DNA from: a virus
Taxonomy: Duplodnaviria; Caudoviricetes
IMG/VR virus record: IMGVR_UViG_3300026196_000019
Coordinates: 1 to 29,972 of that record
DNA length: 29,972 nt
Direction: 5' to 3' (one strand)
Shown: piece after piece, positions 25,514-29,972 of the stretch
How positions within the stretch are numbered: position 1 is the first letter of the stretch
Layout of the letters: every line of letters starts with the position of its first letter
The notes under the pieces: model-generated
What the model saw: only the letters and a program-made list of their open reading frames with translations
The model's database searches: none
Told to the model about the DNA's origin: nothing
Position numbers and translations under genes: made by a program

Positions 25514-26845
25514 TCAGTACCCCGTCACCGGGTCCACCCACTTAGGACCCTTGTATTCGTAATATCCGCTTTCGGTTTCATCCCAATCGTTCTGCTGGAC
25601 TTTCATAAAGAATGTTAGAGAAAGCGCGTCGCCAACGTCCGGGCTTGACAGTCCTCGCTTCTTCATGTCCTCTTTCTTTTCCAAAACCATCCGATCCGTG
25701 GGGTCAAATTTGTATTGAACGCTGGATAACTCGGATATCAATATCGGGTCATCCGGTATATCCCCACCATCCTGCAACCACTGCTTCATGGTGTCCCACA
25801 TCTCTGCCCGTTTGTTCTTATACTGTGGGTTATCGGCGGAGAACCCGGCATTGGCCCCCATGACGTTGCGGTATCTCAATTGTGTAAGGCGGTCCAGAAC
25901 ACCCGCCCCCAACCCCACCACATCCACAAAGGTCATGGTAGCGTTGTAATGGTTGATCGCTCCGGCCACATAATCCGTGAAGGTCATTAGATCCAAATCC
26001 CGGTACTTCTTAACAGCTATGGTGTGGTTTCCCTGGCGAACGTATATAACGCTCTGATCGTCCCCGAACCGGGCCACATCCACCCCGATCACAATGGGTG
26101 CCCATGAATAGGTTTGGGGTAAATTAGTGCGCTTGGTCGCCTTTATTACCGTATCTAAGGGGATTAAGACCTGCTCCGAACTGGCGCTAAAATCGCACAA
26201 TAATTCTTGACGGAATTGCGCTTCCGTCATATCAGACTTGGCGGTTTCTATCTGTTCTTCGCTTAGGACATTCGTAGTGTAACAGTCATATATTTTGGCA
26301 AACCAAGTGTCGTTTTTCAGGGCCTTGTTGTATAATTCAAATAATAGGTCATGACCTTTTGGGGTCCCTATGAAGATAGCCCAGCCGTTTCTGTCAATAA
26401 GGGTTGGTCTAAGCACCTCCCCCCATATGCTGGGCTTCATCTGCGCCACCTCATCAAGCACCACCCCATCATTGTACTGGCCCCTGAGAGAGTCCGGGTT
26501 ATCCGCACCGAATAGCCTTATTCTAGCTCTATCATTATTGATCGTAGGCACTTCAACCCAAAGCTCACTTTCATTTCGGCTTACTGTAGGGATTGGGTTG
26601 GTATAGTGTTTCAAATAATCCCAGGCGATGCTTTTAGCCTGACTGTATAGAGGCGCTACATAGGAATATTTTGGCCGTTCAAGCTCACAGTGGACGGCTT
26701 CCTTTATAAGATGGTTGATGCACAGGACGGTTTTCCCCAACCGACGATGCGCCACAAAAACAGCAAACTTGTACTGGCTTATTACTGAGTGAATTTCTCC
26801 CTGTATGGGCCTGGGCGAGTATGGGATGAGTATTTCTTTAGCCAT
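25514..26845 (-). CDS. terL: Terminase large subunit (443 aa)
   Basis: Walker A HRRLGKT, GADNPDSLRG, Walker B VVLDE, coupling GTPKG, nuclease GVDVARFGDD and SPDVGDA. Confidence 0.97.
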   Translation of the reverse strand: MAKEILIPYSPRPIQGEIHSVISQYKFAVFVAHRRLGKTVLCINHLIKEAVHCELERPKYSYVAPLYSQAKSIAWDYLKHYTNPIPTVSRNESELWVEVPTINNDRARIRLFGADNPDSLRGQYNDGVVLDEVAQMKPSIWGEVLRPTLIDRNGWAIFIGTPKGHDLLFELYNKALKNDTWFAKIYDCYTTNVLSEEQIETAKSDMTEAQFRQELLCDFSASSEQVLIPLDTVIKATKRTNLPQTYSWAPIVIGVDVARFGDDQSVIYVRQGNHTIAVKKYRDLDLMTFTDYVAGAINHYNATMTFVDVVGLGAGVLDRLTQLRYRNVMGANAGFSADNPQYKNKRAEMWDTMKQWLQDGGDIPDDPILISELSSVQYKFDPTDRMVLEKKEDMKKRGLSSPDVGDALSLTFFMKVQQNDWDETESGYYEYKGPKWVDPVTGY

Positions 26846-27078
26846 TAACCGTATGTTATCTGCGTTGTTGGTTTTAAAGTGTATCCACCGTATGGGGAAA
26901 CTCCTTGTGGCGGTCTCATCCCCTGTGGCTCCATAGACATCGTTGAGCCATACCCCTGATCCTCATCCTCAATGATGTCGTCCACGGTGTACCGACCAGG
27001 AGCCTTACCGTCCCGTATGGCTTGGATAATCTCCTGCTCAAAATCAGGTGGACCGTAATAATCCTTCAGCCTCGGCAT
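26845..27078 (-). CDS. Hypothetical protein (77 aa)
   Basis: Start moved to ATG 27078 after GGGGAGGG; TAATG overlap with terL. Confidence 0.7.
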   Translation of the reverse strand: MPRLKDYYGPPDFEQEIIQAIRDGKAPGRYTVDDIIEDEDQGYGSTMSMEPQGMRPPQGVSPYGGYTLKPTTQITYG

Positions 27079-27088
27079 ACCCTCCCCC

Positions 27089-27133
27089 AAAATAAAAAAA
27101 GCCCGAACTGCCATACAGACAATTCGGGCTTTT
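27089..27133 (-). terminator. Hairpin plus U-tract upstream of the packaging operon
   Basis: AAAAGCCCGAATTGTC-TGTAT-GGCAGTTCGGGCTTTT followed by TTTATTTT on the minus strand. Confidence 0.7.
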
Positions 27134-27202
27134 GATCCCCTTCCGGGTCAAAAACTACCGTTTTAATATGTTAACTCTAAGATTAACAGGTGATAAAGTT
27201 TA

Positions 27203-27355
27203 TCACTTCATCTTATGTTTGGCTCCGAATTCAACATCCCCCAGACCGCCTTGGGAGAAATTGAATGTAACACAGACCTTTCCTGTGAATTTCTCTTCCC
27301 GGTATCGGGTGAGGATAGAGAGCAATTTGTTAATCGTATTTTTGAGTGTATCCAT
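27203..27355 (-). CDS. Small protein (50 aa), possibly DUF2292/YezD-like; below the ORF-track cutoff
   Basis: MDTLKNTINKLLSILTRYREEKFTGKVCVTFNFSQGGLGDVEFGAKHKMK: a helix followed by F.G.V...F..G beta hairpin; fills the gap in the operon. RBS is weak. Confidence 0.6.
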   Translation of the reverse strand: MDTLKNTINKLLSILTRYREEKFTGKVCVTFNFSQGGLGDVEFGAKHKMK

Positions 27356-27376
27356 ATTTTATACAGCTACGCCCCT

Positions 27377-27700
27377 TTACTTCCCTGATAGATGTAACGC
27401 TTTATCGCGCAATCGTTTTATGATTGTACGCAGGTAAACACCCGTTATGTTTAAACTCCTTGATATTTCCTTTCTAGTTTCGCCCTCTCCTAGCCGTAAC
27501 AAAACAGCTTTTTCCATGTGTGAGAAGTACGCCCTCTCAACCCCCGTACCAGAATTGAAGATGCGTAATTCTTCCCCGCGGTAAAACATCGTGACGCCCT
27601 CATCATGCCAATCTACGTCATCCTGGCTTGCTGATAATTCCGCTTCTGGGCAGCAAAGCGTTGAACAGATACCTCGCTTATCACAGTCGTTGCAGAGCAT
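27377..27700 (-). CDS. Cys-rich N-terminus plus LuxR/sigma70-r4-type HTH; putative late transcription regulator (107 aa)
   Basis: CNDC..R.IC..LC.P and FSHMEKAVLL....GETRKEISRSLNIT...L...IKRLRDK; upstream of the packaging operon. Confidence 0.75.
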   Translation of the reverse strand: MLCNDCDKRGICSTLCCPEAELSASQDDVDWHDEGVTMFYRGEELRIFNSGTGVERAYFSHMEKAVLLRLGEGETRKEISRSLNITGVYLRTIIKRLRDKALHLSGK

Positions 27701-27715
27701 TGGATGCCCTCATAA

Positions 27716-27931
27716 TCAATACCCCGGATAAGAATCCACAATACCATTCGCTTCTGCGTTGTCAGACACCTTTCGCGCCCAATCTTCCAATCTGGCTACA
27801 CGGGCCACAAGAGATTTCTGGTCTCTGGACAACCCGCACACCGGGCAATGGTTCTGCTCAATAATCTGCCCTGTTTTACAGTCAAGGCACTTTATTATTT
27901 TTCCGCATTGGGGGCATTTCATGTTAATCAA
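27716..27931 (-). CDS. Small zinc-ribbon protein (71 aa)
   Basis: CPQCG, CLDC and CPVCG motifs. Confidence 0.7.
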   Translation of the reverse strand: MINMKCPQCGKIIKCLDCKTGQIIEQNHCPVCGLSRDQKSLVARVARLEDWARKVSDNAEANGIVDSYPGY

Positions 27932-28223
27932 CCTCGTGTTTTAAAAATTTCAATACCATCCCTAATTCTTCTCCCGTGAAGGTAAGCCTTTCACCTTTCG
28001 GAAGAATTACCCTCAAAAATTCCTCATCCAAACTGCCCCTTACGTCTATTTCGTAAAAAAAGGTGTACCCAATAGTACCTTCTTCGATTAAATTATACGT
28101 ATCCGTTTCAGCAGTAATATCATCAAAAACTGTCTCTTTTTGTTTATCTTGTCTATAATGATACCCCAAAGCAATTACAAATATTGCTAGGACAATTACA
28201 ACCGCTGTCTTGAAATACCTCAT
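27924..28223 (-). CDS. Small protein with N-terminal membrane anchor (99 aa)
   Basis: Start moved to ATG 28223 (MRYFKTAVVIVLAIFVIALGY), directly after the upstream stop, with GAGG RBS. Confidence 0.65.
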   Translation of the reverse strand: MRYFKTAVVIVLAIFVIALGYHYRQDKQKETVFDDITAETDTYNLIEEGTIGYTFFYEIDVRGSLDEEFLRVILPKGERLTFTGEELGMVLKFLKHEVD

Positions 28224-28224
28224 A

Positions 28225-28419
28225 TCATTCTTCCTCATGCCTAACACAAAGATGTGCCATACCCGGTAAGTCCCGTTCCTCCACAACAAACCGGACCATC
28301 GAACACCCGTGATCGGTGTCTACGTGGACCACATCACCGTAGGGGAAGCGGGGGGTATGTCTCCCGCCGTATAGCGCTGGGCCGAGTTGTTCCAGGGGAA
28401 TCTTGTATATTTTTTTCAT
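28225..28419 (-). CDS. Hypothetical protein (64 aa)
   Basis: Co-oriented, tightly packed, GGAGAG RBS. Confidence 0.6.
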   Translation of the reverse strand: MKKIYKIPLEQLGPALYGGRHTPRFPYGDVVHVDTDHGCSMVRFVVEERDLPGMAHLCVRHEEE

Positions 28420-28422
28420 GGG

Positions 28423-28902
28423 TTACTCTCCTCCAAAATCAGGCGGAACCGCTTTTCTCAAAGGGCCATCTTCCCATCCCCATGGTTTTCCCTCCCCGTC
28501 TTTCACTCTTTCCACAACCTTTTTCACCTCATCCATTATTCCGTGGTAGTCATCGTTTTCAGCCATTTCAGACATCTTTTCACGGGGTATTATTTCGCAC
28601 CTGCCACCAAAAACACATACACCACCATCGTAATCAGCCTGGTATTTACACTCATGGCTTTCAATGACCCGCCTTATCCCTGGTGCCAAGAAACAATATG
28701 GAACTTTTTTTGCCGTTGTTGTCTCTGGCTCATCTTCAACATATTCCACGGTGAACTCGTCTGCCTTTCCATATGTGTCACAACATGCGCTCCCATCTCT
28801 AAACCTCTCCCATGTATTTATCATACGGACAGATGCGTCACCCTTTTCCCCTTCATTGAGGGGGACAATGTATTTGATGGTTATAATTGCCGTCTTTCTC
28901 AT
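28423..28902 (-). CDS. Hypothetical protein (159 aa)
   Basis: Co-oriented, tightly packed, GGGAG RBS. Confidence 0.7.
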   Translation of the reverse strand: MRKTAIITIKYIVPLNEGEKGDASVRMINTWERFRDGSACCDTYGKADEFTVEYVEDEPETTTAKKVPYCFLAPGIRRVIESHECKYQADYDGGVCVFGGRCEIIPREKMSEMAENDDYHGIMDEVKKVVERVKDGEGKPWGWEDGPLRKAVPPDFGGE

Positions 28903-28905
28903 GAT

Positions 28906-29169
28906 CTACTCCCAAATCTCCCGGTATCGGGGATAATTCTCAAATGCCCTGTTCAGTACATCGGCAGCGATCTTATCCCAAGACGACGGTGTTGTAATGT
29001 GCGCTTGGTACTGTGCTTCGATGTCAACACAGTCTTGAACGCGTTCCCACGTCATACCCCATAGTTTTTCCCAATCGTCAGAATCGAATCTCCGGTACTC
29101 ACCATGCTCAGTTTTCACGGCTACATATCTTAATGATTCAACGTTTACTATCTCGCCAACCTCCATCAC
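28906..29169 (-). CDS. Hypothetical protein (87 aa)
   Basis: GTGA overlap with upstream gene; YRR....W....GMTWE pattern. Confidence 0.7.
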   Translation of the reverse strand: MMEVGEIVNVESLRYVAVKTEHGEYRRFDSDDWEKLWGMTWERVQDCVDIEAQYQAHITTPSSWDKIAADVLNRAFENYPRYREIWE

Positions 29170-29360
29170 TTCACCACCGTCAAATGGTTAGCCGTGTCGT
29201 CTTTGCATTTTGCAACAAATACCCACTCTGCCATAATCCCGACCACATCTCCCGCACTTCGGAATATCAGCATGTGGTCTTTCAATTCGCAGGTGTCGGC
29301 TGCAATTAAGAAATCTTCCTCAAAGGTTCTTATCAGGTATTTCGTTTGTGGCGTTCCCAT
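29166..29360 (-). CDS. Hypothetical protein (64 aa)
   Basis: AAGGA RBS; I.AD......LIF......V pattern of small beta-rich phage proteins. Confidence 0.65.
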   Translation of the reverse strand: MGTPQTKYLIRTFEEDFLIAADTCELKDHMLIFRSAGDVVGIMAEWVFVAKCKDDTANHLTVVK

Positions 29361-29421
29361 TTATATTTCTTCCTTTAATTTTCTTATCCAGTCCATGATG
29401 CCACTCATTTCATAGCGGGAC

Positions 29422-29748
29422 TCAATCCCCATTTTTCCACCTCCATACTGTAAGGTCATACACCGACCGCTTGCCATGACCACCTTGCTCAACTTGAGCG
29501 ACAACACAAGCGTCAATCAATCTCTGCTCTGCCCTGTAATATGTAGCCCTGCTCATCCCCCACTTAACCGCATCCGATGGACCAAACGAAACATGCCCCA
29601 ACGATTTGTTGATTACCCCAAGCTCATTGTCAAACAAGGAGTCAGCCATTAACACATACAGGTCTCTCGCCGCCGACCCCATTCCACGGTACTGAAGACT
29701 CCGTATTAAGCCCCTTTCAAGTTTGACGAAACTCTTTTTCTTCTCCAA
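29422..29748 (-). CDS. Winged-helix DNA-binding protein (108 aa)
   Basis: FVKLER.LI.S..Y..M...A..LY, F..SDA..WGMSRATYYRA...L, V.QGG.GKRSVY; TTG start after GGAGGGG. Confidence 0.75.
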   Translation of the reverse strand: MEKKKSFVKLERGLIRSLQYRGMGSAARDLYVLMADSLFDNELGVINKSLGHVSFGPSDAVKWGMSRATYYRAEQRLIDACVVAQVEQGGHGKRSVYDLTVWRWKNGD

Positions 29749-29825
29749 ATAAACCCCTCCCTACAAGGGGAAACCGGGCCGGGGGAGTTGTAGGGTCTCC
29801 CCCGATTACTGGAGCTACCACCCGG
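29749..29825 (-). promoter_or_regulatory. Putative structured 5' leader with loop-RBS pseudoknot
   Basis: CCGGG/CCCGG outer stem; CGGGGGAG-ACCCTACAA-CTCCCCCG hairpin whose loop pairs 8 bp with TTGTAGGG overlapping the RBS. Confidence 0.6.
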
Positions 29826-29863
29826 AACCACGCAAATCTGATACTATTTTTGAAAAAGTTTGT

Positions 29864-29935
29864 CTCATTTTTAGTACCAGACTCATAAGTTTAACCCAAT
29901 CTTCTTAATACCTGGTACTCATTTTGAGTACCAGA
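29864..29935. repeat. Direct plus inverted repeats (operator- or iteron-like)
   Basis: CTCATTTT(T/G)AGTACCAGA at 29864-29881 and 29918-29935; perfect inverted repeat CTGGTACTCA-TTT-TGAGTACCAG at 29912-29934. Confidence 0.75.
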
Positions 29936-29972
29936 TCAGGGGTACATCTATTGGTCTATATAGATAGACTCT

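Larger units (their letters stand above)
1..29972 (-). mobile_element. Tailed dsDNA phage/prophage segment (podovirus-like packaging, head, tail and ejection module)
   Basis: Co-oriented, tightly packed minus-strand genes in the order terminase-portal-GroES-scaffold-capsid-fibre-adaptor-nozzle-internal proteins. No host housekeeping genes, integrase or att site seen. Confidence 0.97.

Noticed and set aside
27924-28223. Holin or spanin assignment for the membrane-anchored protein
   Set aside because: Single N-terminal hydrophobic segment, no adjacent endolysin or lipoprotein partner, and located outside the late operon.
169-29415. Numerous plus-strand ORFs in the track
   Set aside because: Nearly all lie antisense to well-supported minus-strand genes and read as shadow translations; none has a recognisable motif.
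29361-29432. 23-aa micro-ORF MGIESRYEMSGIMDWIRKLKEEI
   Set aside because: It fills the gap neatly but is too short to support without conservation data.

Overview
This window is one phage (or prophage) segment with essentially every real gene on the minus strand. Read in transcription order (right to left), it holds small regulatory and hypothetical genes, then terminase large subunit, a Tad1-family anti-defence gene, portal, GroES, scaffold, capsid cement protein, major capsid protein and a free-standing EndoVII-type homing endonuclease. Head-fibre and accessory genes, a tail fibre, two adaptor paralogues, a 1490-aa tail nozzle, two probable internal virion proteins and a giant (>1207 aa) probable ejection/polyvalent protein follow. 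The giant gene runs off the left edge and is missing from the ORF track. The layout is podovirus-like: no tape measure or tail-tube gene is visible. Main points: (1) three tail/neck genes each start with a classical Sec-type signal peptide while the head genes do not, suggesting an undescribed export-coupled or periplasmic tail assembly route; (2) an Acb1-like 2H phosphoesterase is embedded in the giant protein, alongside a separate Tad1 sponge; (3) the nozzle contains three carbohydrate-binding-like domains nested inside one another; (4) two classes of recurring structured intergenic elements occur. All family calls come from reading motifs and gene order by eye; no searches were run.
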